Positions 1-12,163 of a stretch of DNA of 64,000 nucleotides are shown piece after piece; positions within the stretch are counted from its first letter, which is position 1; each line of letters opens with the position of its first letter. The position numbers and the translations under genes were made by a program. The stretch lies in contig OZ234493.1 of NCBI GenBank assembly GCA_965153455.1, positions 34,276,213-34,340,212 of the forward strand. The letters are read 5' to 3'. This DNA comes from Sphagnum compactum. Lineage: Eukaryota. The notes under the pieces were generated by a model. It made no database searches, was not told the DNA's origin, and saw only the letters and a list, made by a program, of their open reading frames with translations.

Positions 1-441
1 TAGTGAGAACCGGATGTGGGGTGATTAATATAACCTGGTTGAGGTTTATTTTGTGAAGGGGTCCCAAGGGGGGGGGGGAGTCAATCCTTTGCCAACTGGT
101 TCTCACTCACTTGATACCCAGTGGGTAGGGTATTAACCTGGGTATCTCTCTTGAGGAGAGGATACTTGCCAGTTCAGAAAGAACCGGGTCTGAACCATGC
201 ATGCCCCCATTCATTCTGAAACATTCATCCAAATTAACTGGGCCCAAAACTGGCGCAGATCCACCCACACCTACTTACTCTAACCAATGAATGTATAACA
301 CATCCAAAATATTGTGCAAGTTATTTCTCATCCAGGTCCAAACTTTAATTTTACATCCAAAGCTGTTTTTTTTTTTTTTTTTTGGGGTGTTAAAAGCTTG
401 AACTTCATCCAAATTACTCTTTACAAGCCCTTCTATTATTA

Positions 442-590
442 CATGAGACATGGATGGGATTTTCATAAAGGCTGCAAACAGAGTTGGCAAGTGCCTTCCC
501 AAATGAGACATGGATGAGATTTTCATTTAAAGCCCGCAACGTAAAGAGAGTTGGCAAGTGCCCACATGAGACACACGGATGAGATTTTGG
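442..590. repeat. Degenerate tandem repeat, ~62-bp unit, about 2.5 copies
   Basis: ATGAGACA(T/C)GGATG(G/A)GATTTT recurs at about 442, 503 and 566; GAGTTGGCAAGTGCC occurs twice between them. Confidence 0.8.
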
Positions 591-900
591 CATTACATCC
601 ATCCCCCCCTCCCCCCTCCAACTGGGCTTGCCCGGCCCGGTAGTAGCAAGTGGGGCGAGCCCAGTGAGGGTGGTAGGTAGTACATCACCGTCTTTTTCTG
701 TTAAGGAATTCTTTTCGGGTTAAGAGAAAATTGGAGTCATTTCATTACGTTACGTAAAGGAAATAAAAAAGTGTCTCTGGGTACCTAATGAATGACAAGG
801 GGGAAAATTAAATTTTTTTAAAAAAAAATTCGATAAATGCATTCCAGATCAAAATTAAAAATAGAAATCTGTTTTCTGCGGTGTAAAAATTCCCTAGTAA

Positions 901-1853
901 GAACCGCCGGATATTAAACAAAATCCCACCACATACTCCTGATGTTCCTTGGCCTAGGCTGGCCCTGAAAGAACCTCCGGGTATGATATGATCCGCTGGT
1001 GCATTCTGGGCAATCGTGTTAACCGCCGGGTATGAGACGAGCCCCAGCTGTAGTGAGTTTTGAGCTGCGGGAATTGAGACAGCAGCAGCACCTGCAGAGA
1101 TGCATGTGATGACGGAGCGTAAATAAAGACCCGGCTGCGCACTGATTCCTGTTATTTTCTTGCTTCTCCACGATACCTGGCGGGTATAATGGGAACAAAA
1201 AGCTAAAGGAATTTTTTTTTCCCCATTATAAAAAATTTCTTTTTTTAGCTTTTTCCCCATTATACCCGCCAGGTATCATGGAGAAAAAAGAAAAAAACAG
1301 GGGCATTCCAGCACAAGTCCTTTGCCTGTGATGATGGGTCGGGTTGAAATTTCCAGCGGGCCCGACACAAAACCCACAGATACATGTTAGTTTGTAGTGG
1401 GTTTGACCTCCGGGCAGGAGACAAAACCCCTCTCAGACTGCTGGTTTCTTTGGTGCCAAACAGCGGTGAGAACGTTGTTTGGCCGATGCGCTTACGAACC
1501 TCCGGGTATAACTCTCGCGCGCGCACACACCCCGTGCTGCGTCATTCCGGGGTTCGATTCGCAGCCCCTGTGCACCTTTTGGCAGTGTGGTGGTCAAGCT
1601 TGGCTGCTGCTGCTGCAGGAGAACTTCCGGTTATGAAAGCACAGAGAGATGCATTCTTCCGTGTTAGTTCAGCGACGGGCGCTTGTGGAAGTGGTCAAGT
1701 GAAAGAACCTCCGGGTATAAACCCACCCTTCGAGAGGCGAGCGCATACCCGGATTCTTCCTGCCCGCCGACGACGATTTCACAGACTGCAATTTTGGGCG
1801 GGTACCTGGGGATGGTGAACACGGGCTGACGCGGGATTAAGAACCTCCGGGTA
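901..1853 (+). promoter_or_regulatory. Homotypic cluster of GAACCTCCGGGTA motifs upstream of the CNGC gene
   Basis: Exact copies at 971, 1496, 1705 and 1841. Variants at 901 (GAACCGCCGGATA), 1021, 1405 and 1621. The region is GC- and CpG-rich. The regulatory role is inferred from position only. Confidence 0.5.
1148..1302. repeat. Long imperfect inverted repeat (foldback or MITE-like hairpin)
   Basis: Left arm CCTGTTATTTTCTTGCTTCTCCACGATACCTGGCGGGTATAATGGGAACAAAAAGCTAAA pairs with right arm TTTAGCTTTTTCCCCATTATACCCGCCAGGTATCATGGAGAAAAAAGAAAAAAACAGG. Confidence 0.85.
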
Positions 1854-3007
1854 CATTCGGACAGATTCATCTCCGGATTCTTACCGATGGTCCTTCGTCT
1901 TCTTCTTCTTCTTTCCGCCTTTCTTGCTTGCTTTTCTTACTTCCTTTGCTTCCTCCTTTTGTGGTTTGCTTGTTTGTTTGTTTTTACCTCCACGAGATGC
2001 TGTTGAGGAGAGGCGGGTAATAGCGGCATCCCCTCTGCTGTGGCGATGCTCTTGTTTCTCGCTTGGATCTAGACAAGGAGGAGCAGGTGTTCTTCTTCCA
2101 CTGTGAGGTCGAGCAGCTGGTTCTTCTTCTTCTTCTTCTTCTTTTCGGATTGTGAGGTCGAGCAGCTGCTTCTTTCGACTGTGTGTGGCTGGAAACCAAG
2201 AGATTGCAATTCCAAGAGATTGCAAACAAAAAAGGCCGGAGAACAAAGAAACCAAGACAGAAGGGGACGGGAAATAAAAAGAAAACACAAAAGCAAAAGC
2301 TAGAACTAGTACTCGTTGCAAAGCGAGCTGAGGCGGGACGGGGTGACTAAGAAGAGGTTTTGATGATGCGGTCCCCGTAGTTGTAGTCGAGAAATGGATG
2401 CGTAAAACTGGAGCAGCTTCTGAGCTTGCGGTGCGTGGATTGGTAGTCTAGAGGCCGGATGATGGCATACCTTGCTAGCTAGCTACTGCCGGTATCTACC
2501 AGCAGCAGCCGCAGCGCTTGACTCCTTCTTCTTCTTCTGTTGTGTTGTGTGAGCGGAGCAGATGAATCATGGAGAAGATGTGTTTGAGATGTGGGAAAAA
2601 AAAGAAAGATCTCACTCATGTGTAGCAGCCGGGGATTTGCTTGGAGTACGTAAGGGTTGTTCCCTTGTGGAACTGGAATAGGAAGAGGGCGCTTCTTGTA
2701 GTTTTTCTGTTGTTGTTGTTAATAATCTTTCTTCTTATTCGTCTTCCTTCTATGCTTTTAACATTCTTCCTTTGGAGATGCTGGGGACGAGTATTCATCA
2801 TTCTCAGCTTGTAGAAGAAGAAGAAGAAGAAGAATAGGACTAGGTTAGCGTGGAATTATTAGTTTTTGTTTTGGCGGATGTTTGTGGAAGTACACTCTTG
2901 AAGAAGAACAACAAGAGCGAGCGAGGCAGGCAGCCAGCGGCTTCTTCATCATCGGCAGGCAACAGCGGAGGAGTGCTGAAGAAAATCACAAGAAAGAAAG
3001 AACGAAG

Positions 3008-6000
3008 ATGTTTCATGATTTGAAACGCCCTGTGACCATCCATTCCATGGAAGGCCAGAATAAGAAGTTCGTTAGGTACTCATTGCGACCCTCGCTAGCA
3101 TCAGCCGTCCCCTCTTTTGAATTTTGGAGGAGTATTCGTGCTCATCTTGTTTGTTTCTTCTTATTTTGCTTCTTCTTCTCCTGTTTGGGTTTTTTCTTGT
3201 TTCTTCTTCTTCTCCTGTTAGGTTTTTTCTTGTTCTTTCTTCTTCTCCTGGTGTTAGGTTTTTTTCCCAAATTTGCAGCCAAGGAATTTTTTTTCCTTGT
3301 TTTGTGATCCTGATCCTCCTTTGCTGGCTGATAATAGCAGGTTTTTCAACGAGTATGACTCGGAGAGATCATTAGGGTCTGAAAGTGAGTCAAGGAAACC
3401 ACTTCGTGTGGAAAGATTGGAAAGTTCGTCATCCTCAGTCTTCCAATGGGGATGGCAGAAGGGCTCAAGAGGGCTTAGGAGTGTAGGGAGATCATTATGC
3501 CTTGGTCCTTCAAGGGTTTACTCAGAGGATTTTGATGGTGGATCCCAGATCAAGATACTCGATCCACGCAGCCGATTTTGCCAACAGTGGAACAAGTTTT
3601 TTGTTCTCTCGTGTTTAGTTGCTATTTTCGTAGATCCCCTCTTCTATTACCTTCCAGTTGTTGATACTTCACAAGATGTTGATGGTGTTGGAACATGCAT
3701 CAGAATCTCCAGGAAACTGGCTATATCAGTAACGGTCTTTCGCACCACCACCGATTTTCTCTACTTGATTCACATGGCTCTTCAATTCCGCACAGCATTC
3801 ATTGCACCTTCCTCTCGGGTATTTGGCCGAGGCGTGCTTGTGGTGGATCCCCATCAAATTGCTATTCGGTACTTGAAGAAGGATTTTTGGCTGGACTTTG
3901 TGGCCCTACTACCTCTTCCCCAGGTACTACTACACAATGACTTTTGACTTTAGGAGAGCAGTTTTTCTATTCTAGAGAGGGTTGGGGTTGATGGGCGTTT
4001 ATAATTTCCATGTGATTGACTGAGGCCCGAGTTTACATGTCCTCTAACCCTGTCAAATCATTCATTGGGTGTTGGAATGCAGCTGGTTATATGGATCATT
4101 ACACCGAGAATGGTTGGCAAAACTGCAGTTGCCACCAAGAACATTCTAGGCTTCATTGTCTTTTTCCAGTATCTTCCCCGCCTGTTTCGAATCTTCCCTT
4201 TGACATCTCAAATGGTTAGGAATACAGGGGTACTGCTGGAAACTGCTTGGGCAGGTGCTGCGTTTAATTTACTCCTGTATTTACTTGCCAGCCATGTAAG
4301 TCCTCTTCTGTTCTCTCACCCATTTCCCGGGTAGACATGAGTCATAAAAAATCACAGAAATTGTATGATGGAGAAATTGGTACATACAGGATGACAGACT
4401 CATCGTCTCACAGCATCCTACCTGCAGGTAGTAGGAGCATGCTGGTACTTGCTGGCAGTTGATCGCCAAGTCACATGCTGGAAGAATTTATGCCCAAACG
4501 AGGCCAATTGTACCGATGCATTCTTTGATTGTAGTTCACTTCATCCATCATATCCTCTTGCTGCTAATCGGACAAGTTGGATGAGCATTACAAATATCAG
4601 CACTAATTGTGATACAGCCAACAACAACAACTACTTCAACTTCGGTATCTATGTCGATGCTCTTAATTATGGCATAACGACATCATCCATAGAGTTCATG
4701 GAGAAGTACTTTTATTGTGTGTGGGTGGGTTTGTTGAGCTTGAGGTGAGTAGTACCTTGCCATTTCTTAGTAGAGCAGCTGTTGCTATAATTGATTGAGC
4801 TAGTTTTCATGCTTTGGAGTGTTGCCTTTGCCATCAGCAGGTGATTGGTTGATCAGTCTTCAATTTCTGACTTTGGTGTTATTTGGGCTCAATTGTCTCT
4901 GCAGTTCCCTGACACAAACCTGGTCAGTGAGCACCTATATATGGGAAATCATCTTCACTATCTGTATCATCATTGTGGGCTTGCTCCTCTTTGCCTTCCT
5001 TATTGGGAATATGCAGGTGAGCTACCAATCTCTGTCAGTTTCATTTTGCATGATGTTTTCTTTTTAGGGAGCTGTTACTTTTGCATTGTGACTGTAATGT
5101 ACGTACCAAGTTTGGACAGACTTGTGAAAGGAAAAAAGAGATTGCCTACTGGAGGGAGTCACCCACATGTTGCTGACAGAGCACCATGAATGTGGTTTGC
5201 TGTTGTTTGCTAGACGTATCTACAATCTCTTACACTGAGGCTTGAAGAGATGAGAGTAAAAAGACGTGACACTGAGCAGTGGATGAAGCATCGACAACTA
5301 CCCCGTGAGATAGTGGAGCGTGTCCGGCGTTTTGACCAGTACAAGTGGGTGGCAACCCGGGGAGTAGATGAAGAGGTCCTTGTGCAGAGCCTCCCATTGG
5401 ATCTTCGGCGAGATATTAAACGCCATCTGTGTTTGGATCTTGTCCGACGGGTATGCTTGATTTCTTTTGGTGGTTGTTATGGTTATGGCACTCTAGTTCT
5501 CATCTTGGTGTCCCCTCCCCAGGGCATTTTCTCTATCTGGTTTCCTCAATTTTGCTTGTTGGAGTACTTATGGGACCATGTTTTGTGTGTCCTTGTATTG
5601 TTCAGGTTCCATTGTTTGATCAAATGGATGACAGTCTCTTGGATGCTATGTGTGAGCGGTTAAAGCCTGCTCTCAACACAGAGGGCACATACATAGTCCG
5701 TGAGGGAGATCCAGTGAATGAAATGCTGTTCATCATCAGGGGCAAATTGGAGAGTGCAACAACAAATGGTGGTCGTACTGGCTTTTTGAATGTTGGGAAT
5801 CTTGGACCAGGAGATTTCTGTGGAGAGGAGCTGCTTACATGGGCTCTTGATCCCAAGCCTAGCAGTAATCTTCCTACCTCGACTCGTACAGTGAAGGCAT
5901 TGGTGGAGGTGGAAGCCTTTGCGCTGTTTGCTGAGGATCTCAAGTTTGTGGCCAGTCAGTTCCGGCGCTTGCATAGCAAGCAATTGCAGCATACGTTCAG

Positions 6001-6537
6001 GTTTCTGCTTTTGATCTCTCCATTTGTGGACCTTGTTAAGCTTTCACATTTCCAATCTGGGTAAGATAAGGGCAGTCTCTATTGTGGAGACTGTTGAGAG
6101 ACTGCCTGCCTTGCATTTAGAATGTTGAGTTCCTGATATAAAGCTACCCCATTTACTCATCATTCTTTATCACCCATGTCAAAGATGCAAGCTGCCTTAT
6201 TCTTCCATCATAACTGGTTGTTTTCTTTTGCTGCAGGTACTATTCACATCAGTGGCGCACTTGGGCAGCATGCTTTGTCCAGGCTGCATGGCGACGCTAC
6301 TGCAGACGCAAGATTGCAGAGCTGCGGCGCAAGGAAGAAGACCTGAATCTGCAGGCAGCAATTGCTGGGGCTGATGCAATGCTTACCAAGCCAAGCCTTG
6401 GAGCCACATTAATGGCTCATCGCTTTGCCTCAAATGCAATGCAAGGAGTTCAAAGGCTACGGACCATGCATGCAGCAGAGATGACACGCATATCCAACAT
6501 TCCTAAGCCCACTGAACCTGATTTCTCTCTTGAGTAG
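3008..6537 (+). CDS. CNGC: Cyclic nucleotide-gated ion channel (plant CNGC, group I-III-like), 8 exons, ~741 aa
   Basis: Exons 3008-3075, 3341-3923, 4083-4295, 4428-4744, 4905-5016, 5214-5450, 5606-6000 and 6237-6537; all introns GT-AG and the frame is preserved. Motifs: KFVRF, ILDPRS..QQWNKFF, DPLFYYLP, QYLPRL, ETAWAGAAFNLLLYLLASHVVGACWYLL, LIGNMQTYLQSL, phosphate-binding cassette GDFCGEELLTWALDP..LPTSTRTV, IQ motif FVQAAWRRY, C-terminal KPTEPDFS. Confidence 0.96.
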
Positions 6538-7466
6538 GTGGGCTCTTGATCTATCAGGGTTTGTAAGATATGGTCTCAATAACTTGCTGCAAAACCAATC
6601 CACAGACTGTGATCAGAGTTGTCTGGCCCGTCAAAATACTTATGAGTTGTTTGGTATGGGTGAGGAATTGGAAAAAAAGTTAGGAGGAAGTTTCCTTGAT
6701 GAGTTGTTCAGTATGTGTGAGAACTTGGGAAAAAAGTTAGAGGAGGAAGTTTCCTTCTCCTTGCAAATGGGAATCACCCAGCATTTTAGGCAGTAAGACT
6801 GCATTAAGTCCTGTTGAGGCCAGGGATCAGACTGGGAGTAAGTGACCATTGTTTCAGGTGTGTGGTACAGAGTAGCACTGGATAGAAATACAAATTCAGA
6901 GAGCATGCTAAACTATTGACTGAGATACTGTATTGAAAATTAATGTCATGAAGTCCAAAGGTATTCATTACCCGTTTCTCATTGCCCTACACACTTACTA
7001 CACTGCCGATTTTCATGGTGGGGTTACAGGGGCTCTGATAGAACCTTTTTCATCTCCTCTTGCATTTCAAGATTTGGTTCAGCAACGATGTTCACATCTC
7101 TTCTGTTTGGGTCACCAAAGATTGAGAAAGGAGAGTTTGTGTACAATGAACTAATTGTGCTCATGTTTTGGAGGTTCTCACAGAAATGCAGGTGGTTCCC
7201 TTGTTACAACTTGGAGAATTGTGTATGGAAGTGAAGGGTTAGATGGACCACTGTACTCCACCTGTGTTTCTCTGTACAAATAAACTTCTCACATTTACCA
7301 AATTTCATGCAAATTGAATAGTCCATATGCTTTTGGGATTGTTGTTTGAAGAAGGCAAACTCTTTAGGAACAGAGTCCACTTGTTGGACAACTGCAAGCT
7401 ATAGAGCTGTGGTTCTCAAGGCCATGCTGCTCGGGCTGGTACTTGCATGCCAAGGCTTCAAGGCTT

Positions 7467-7813
7467 TCAAGATGCGTGACGTTGTGCTTGCCAAATGGAA
7501 CCTGCATACCAACACAGCTGTCAGATTCATGGCTGATGGTCAGCCTACACTCTCAAACTTGCTTGGTCCTTAGATATTTGGTTGGTATTCCTTCTGCCAA
7601 ATACTTAAGAACATATTCCTTCTCCCAAATACTTTAAGAACTGTCATGTTTGTCTTGTTGACTGAAAGCATTTCCTTGTGTTTGCAGCAACTGACTGCAG
7701 CTCTGTTGGTTACCATAATGCCTCCTGCACAGACTGGGTGTAGGAACTAGTGCAAGCGTTGTGCTAACACCCACAATACTGATAATGGCCGCCAGAGCCC
7801 ACCTTGTTCTCAT
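7467..7813 (-). CDS. Candidate small secreted peptide convergent with the CNGC gene
   Basis: ATG at 7813 gives MRTRWALAAIISIVGVSTTLALVPTPSLCRRHY (basic N-region plus hydrophobic core). A possible donor G|GTAACC at 7713 and acceptor TGCAG|G at 7502/7501 would give ...GSIWQAQRHAS* (stop ends 7467). Unspliced, the ORF ends at 7634. No family recognised. Confidence 0.35.
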
Positions 7814-8445
7814 GTTTCCAGTTTCTTGAACAAACATTTTGAGTGATCTTCTTTGAAACATTTTGTGTGCTTGATCCAGTTTGGCTACCTGACGATTTTG
7901 TACTCTTTTCTCCCTCCCTGGCCTGCATACCACTCCACCTGAGTCTAGAAGCAGAGATTGATGATGAAAGGTGGGCCAGTATTGTGTGTTGTAGGAGGGT
8001 ACTAAGCTCTAGGTTTTCTGTCAAGGTGATCCTTAGCAACTCTTTAACTATTTCAATCTCAAATTGCTATTGGGAGAGAATAGTTAGGGAGTTGTTGGTT
8101 GCTACTTCAATGGAGTGAAAAATGGTTTTATCATTGCAGCTCAGCTTATGGAGGTCAGAGCTGTTATCATATATTCACGCTGTCTATTTCACTTGTGAAT
8201 CCTAAAGCCCTAAAACTGAAAATTCTGTACTGCAGGATTGTGCCATCTCTGGAAGGAAATGGAAAGACTCCCAATGTGCTAAATCCTGTGTCCCTAATCG
8301 GGACCTTTGGGGAAGCAAGAAGCCAAGTAAGAGAATCCCACCTCTTTCCCATTGTTCATGGCTGGCAGTGCAGAAGGTTGGTGATCAGTTGGCAAGGAGT
8401 TGAAACCCTAATTTGTTACTCTGGCTGCTAACGGTGATGCAATTT

Positions 8446-8582
8446 GTTGTTGTTATTGTTGTTCCATTGGCTAGCAGTTCTGCATTCACAATATGCAACT
8501 CATGAGCTTGCAAGTTGTTGTTTTTATTGTTGCTCCATTGGCTAGCAGTTCTGCATTCACAATATGCAACTCATGAGCTTGC
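8446..8582. repeat. Tandem duplication, ~68 bp x2
   Basis: TCCATTGGCTAGCAGTTCTGCATTCACAATATGCAACTCATGAGCTTGC is present twice in tandem. Confidence 0.9.
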
Positions 8583-8879
8583 TGGCGGTGATGGATCTCA
8601 GGGTCACCAGAACTGGTCGTAGTTGGCAATATGTGCTTGAGCTCATCCAATTGAAGAAGCCGTGTATTCAATGTCTCTTCAGGCTCTACTACTTGCTCTT
8701 CCTGCAACACAAATTCGACAGCAACATATTTGTTGGTGTATTCTTAAGCACTGCTGTGTGAGTTCAATTGCAAAAGATGGGTTTGGTTGGTGAGGAACAT
8801 GGTGCATGTAGGGTGGGTATACGGATCAGGAAAATAGGTCCTCGTTCAAAATGCTCACTTACAACAACCACAAACGGCA

Positions 8880-9130
8880 TAACTGGGAATGAAAATTTTA
8901 TAAAGTGAAATAACTGAGACCCAAACTAGTTTTTCCACCAATTTTGGTGGTAAACTGAGTTTCATGCTGTCTTTCCTTTTTCCTGAGGGCCTGCACTGCT
9001 GCTACACATATTTTCACTGCTCCTACCTGTACGACGACTATAGTTACTTTCAAACCTTGTGCATTTAATGCTGAGTTTCCGCATTTCATACTGAGATCTA
9101 ATAAAATGTGGTTACTTCCTGGATACCACT
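8880..9130 (-). repeat. Dispersed ~250-bp element, copy 1 (related copies at ~38443-38767 and 63905-64000)
   Basis: The reverse complement aligns by eye with 38507-38767. Shared blocks: GTGGTATCC, TTTTATTA.ATCTCAGTATGAA, AAACTCAGCA, TGCACAAGGTT, TGAAACTCAGTTTAC.ACCAAAA.TTGGTGGAAAAACTAGTTTGGGTC, CATTCCCAGTT. Confidence 0.85.
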
Positions 9131-11507
9131 GAAAGATTTAATGTGGAATAAACTCATGTTAAACCTAAAATAACAAGTTCTTATGAAAGTTGAACTCTTC
9201 AAACTTGGGATTGTTGGTTAAGAAAATTCAATGCAACCTCAGAATTAGCGAGTTTTAATTTTGGAGAACATTTCCTAAACCCAAACTTAATTTGTTTTTT
9301 GAAGAATGGAACCAAGAATTGAAACCGAGATTTTTTTGGGAAGAAATGGAAAACCATTGGGTAACATTTATGCTTAGGGTTTAGACCTTGACATACATTG
9401 GCAACACGACATGACAAAGTGCACATTTGAGCCCCCAAGTTCCCATTGCCACAAAATGATTTAAACTTTGCTTTTCATGATTTAAAAAAAATATGGAAAT
9501 GAATCCTATTAAGGATTCAAGCCCACTCAAGCTTTAAGGTGGCAATATTTGCTATTTTGCAAAAAAAATTTAAAAAAATTTGCGAAAATGTGTTTTCAGT
9601 GTTGAATGCATGTTTCAGCAAACAATCGACACTTTTCTTTAATAAAAATATTGAAAAATAAACACAAACATTGATCAAGCCAAAATGATAAAGGTCGATG
9701 TTGTTCATTGGTTTTCAAAAGGCAATTGGCTTTCTCGTTCCCATAATGAGCACAAAGTGATTTGCAAGAGCTTATCTATTAGAGGAATGAGGTTACAACT
9801 TACAAGGTTGAAAATGTTTTAAGAAAATGTTAGGGATTTTGCAAACCCTTAGTAAAATAGGAGAAGCATGTATCAAAAGTTCCAAATTTGTGTTAAAAGC
9901 TCCTTTGCACTTTGCCATATCCTCGGCACGGGTCACATGCATGTACATGCATGTCTATTACATGGAACGCATGCAAACGACATGCAACATTTAAGTACTA
10001 GTTCTAAGGCAACCCTCTAGTATTATTAAAACCAAGCCTACGATGTCTTAGCACAACATTTAAGTGCTTGTTGTTATTGAAGATAACTCCTTAAAAAACA
10101 ATTCAAGGCTCTTGTCCTAATAGTCTCATTGGCCGCATTAGACAAATGTTCAATGCTTGCTTCACTCATACTATGACCTTGAGATTTGGTGGAGAATGTG
10201 ATATTGCGGTTACAAACATTTGGTGAATATTATTATGTATGTCAAAACGTAACACAAAATTGCTTCAAAAATATTTATTTAATTAAAAGTCACTTTGTAT
10301 ATTTCTCACTCATTTTCAACAACACGAATCCTCCATGCATCCTACCGCAACCCACTTCATTTTGAAGACAATACCAATGAAAAAAAGATTCGCAAAAAAG
10401 AATTCAAGAAATATAAAGAAAGATGCAAAAAAAAAAATCAAGAAATTTAACACATGAATGTTACACATAAAACATAATACATCAGCATTCATGTGAAAAA
10501 TGTCAATAGTTTTCAGAATCCAAGCCAAAATTCATGAAAATATCATAATATATATGACAAAAAGAACAATTTAATAAAATTTTAAAATCACACTTTTCAA
10601 AAAATCTTTGATTTTTTAAATTTTTTTTCAAATTTCATTGTCATCAAAGTGTGAAAAAAAAATTCATCCCCAAAAAAAAAACCTCTACCTAGATACATTT
10701 ATATTCATTGAGGGCTTTTCAATAATTTATCCTCAATGTTTAATTATTGATTTTTATTTTATTTTCAAGGATGAAAATACTCAAAATTAAAGCTACAAAA
10801 CATTACAAAATCACACCTTGGTGCACCCCACTATTCATTGAAGGCCTTTCAAACTATGCCAACACCTTCACCTATTGATGAGTTTTTTGGGGGGTTTTTG
10901 TTTCCCATTTCATCGGATTTATGGAAAAATTAGTATAATTAAGAATACTATCCAAAAAGACACCTTTCAATTCCATTATGAGCAAAATTTCCATATCAAA
11001 ATTTATTTTGGTAGGATAAAATAATATAGACCTTGTAGCTAGTAATGCCAAAACATGACATTCTTGACTAAACCGATAAACTTACACATAACATAAATGT
11101 CTACCCTAGTCAAAAAGGACGAGTCATGGGTGCCATGTTTTGGCTATATATATATATATATATATAATCATCCCTAAACTAATTCCAATGTAACTATTAT
11201 TACCAAAATTTTAAAATAAAAAATCTTAATTTAAAGAAGGTTGTTTGCTTGTTTCATCACATGGCACTAATTCCAGTTCAAGAACAAAAACTATCAAGTA
11301 ATTAATTAAATTTTAAAATTTTAATTTCAGCACTTGATTTTATTTATAAATTTAAATTTATTTATTTATAAGAAAATTTATTTAAAAATTTTTAAAGTAA
11401 AAAAAGGGCTGCATGGGACCCCTAGGTGGTAATTTGGGCTTCGGTAAGTTACCTAGAATGGGAAACTGTTTGCGGTAAGTTTTAAACTTACCCTTTTGGA
11501 CTATAGT

Positions 11508-11768
11508 GTCTAGAAGTCTCCAGGACTGCACGTGTCGGGAACTTTGGAGAACTGGGTGTTAGGGGAAGCCGGTGCGTTCCCACTTGAAGAACAGGGTGGT
11601 TATTTACACGGGGACAAGTGGGAACGCTGTCGGTAACTCGTTCCACTAATTGGACGGAAATTTATTACAAATGGAGGAAGTTTGGGAGCTTCGGAGAGTT
11701 TTAGCCGTTCGATAACAGATGCTCTGCCATCGAACGGCGAGAACCTAATGGAAAGTACTAGAAACGTC
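11508..11768 (+). promoter_or_regulatory. HSP90 promoter: imperfect heat-shock elements and an ABRE/G-box
   Basis: nGAAn-type arrays gTCtaGAAgtcTCcaGGA (11508-11525), GAActTTGgaGAA (11539-11551) and GAAagTACtaGAAacGTC (11751-11768); CACGTGTC at 11529-11536. All lie 400-650 bp upstream of the ATG. Confidence 0.55.
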
Positions 11769-12064
11769 GTATCCGAGTTTGGCCTTACTCCGCACCTTGG
11801 ATAGTAAGGCTACGGACGTACCGGATGTTGCCTCGTTGGCGAATCGAACGGCTGTGAGTGGTGTAATTCCTTCCCTCTTGCAGACCCTCCTTCAAAGCCT
11901 CTGGCGTTCGTGCACATTTATCTCGCGTTTTCAGAGAAATTGTAGAGCGTTTCCATTGCGTGCTTTGATCGTCGTGCTTTTTCTTGTGCTCGCTTGCCTT
12001 CTCCGATCTGTTGAGCGTCTCTGTCTAAAGCGGTTTGTTCGGTGCAAATTTTGTCTCTCTTTTT

Positions 12065-12068
<4 letters not shown>

Positions 12069-12110
<42 letters not shown>
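12069..12110. repeat. (TC)n microsatellite in the HSP90 5' leader
   Basis: About 21 perfect TC units. Similar GA/TC tracts lie upstream of the rhomboid (~19176-19207), kinase (~39577-39609) and acidic-protein (~47602-47640) start codons. Confidence 0.95.
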
Positions 12111-12113
<3 letters not shown>

Positions 12114-12163
12114 TTTCAGGCTGTTTTGGTCACGTTCTCGTGTTTTCGAGGGTTTTAGAAGCG

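Noticed and set aside
901-1853. CRISPR-like reading of the repeated motif with unique spacers (also considered for 19380-19730)
   Set aside because: The repeat is only 13 bp, spacers vary from about 50 to 390 bp, there are no cas genes and the context is eukaryotic. The 19.4-kb units are tandem copies without unique spacers.
808-2321. ORFs of 144-150 aa upstream of CNGC (808-1260, 1384-1818, 1881-2321)
   Set aside because: No recognisable domains; they are explained by GC-rich promoter/leader sequence and CTT/GAA microsatellites.
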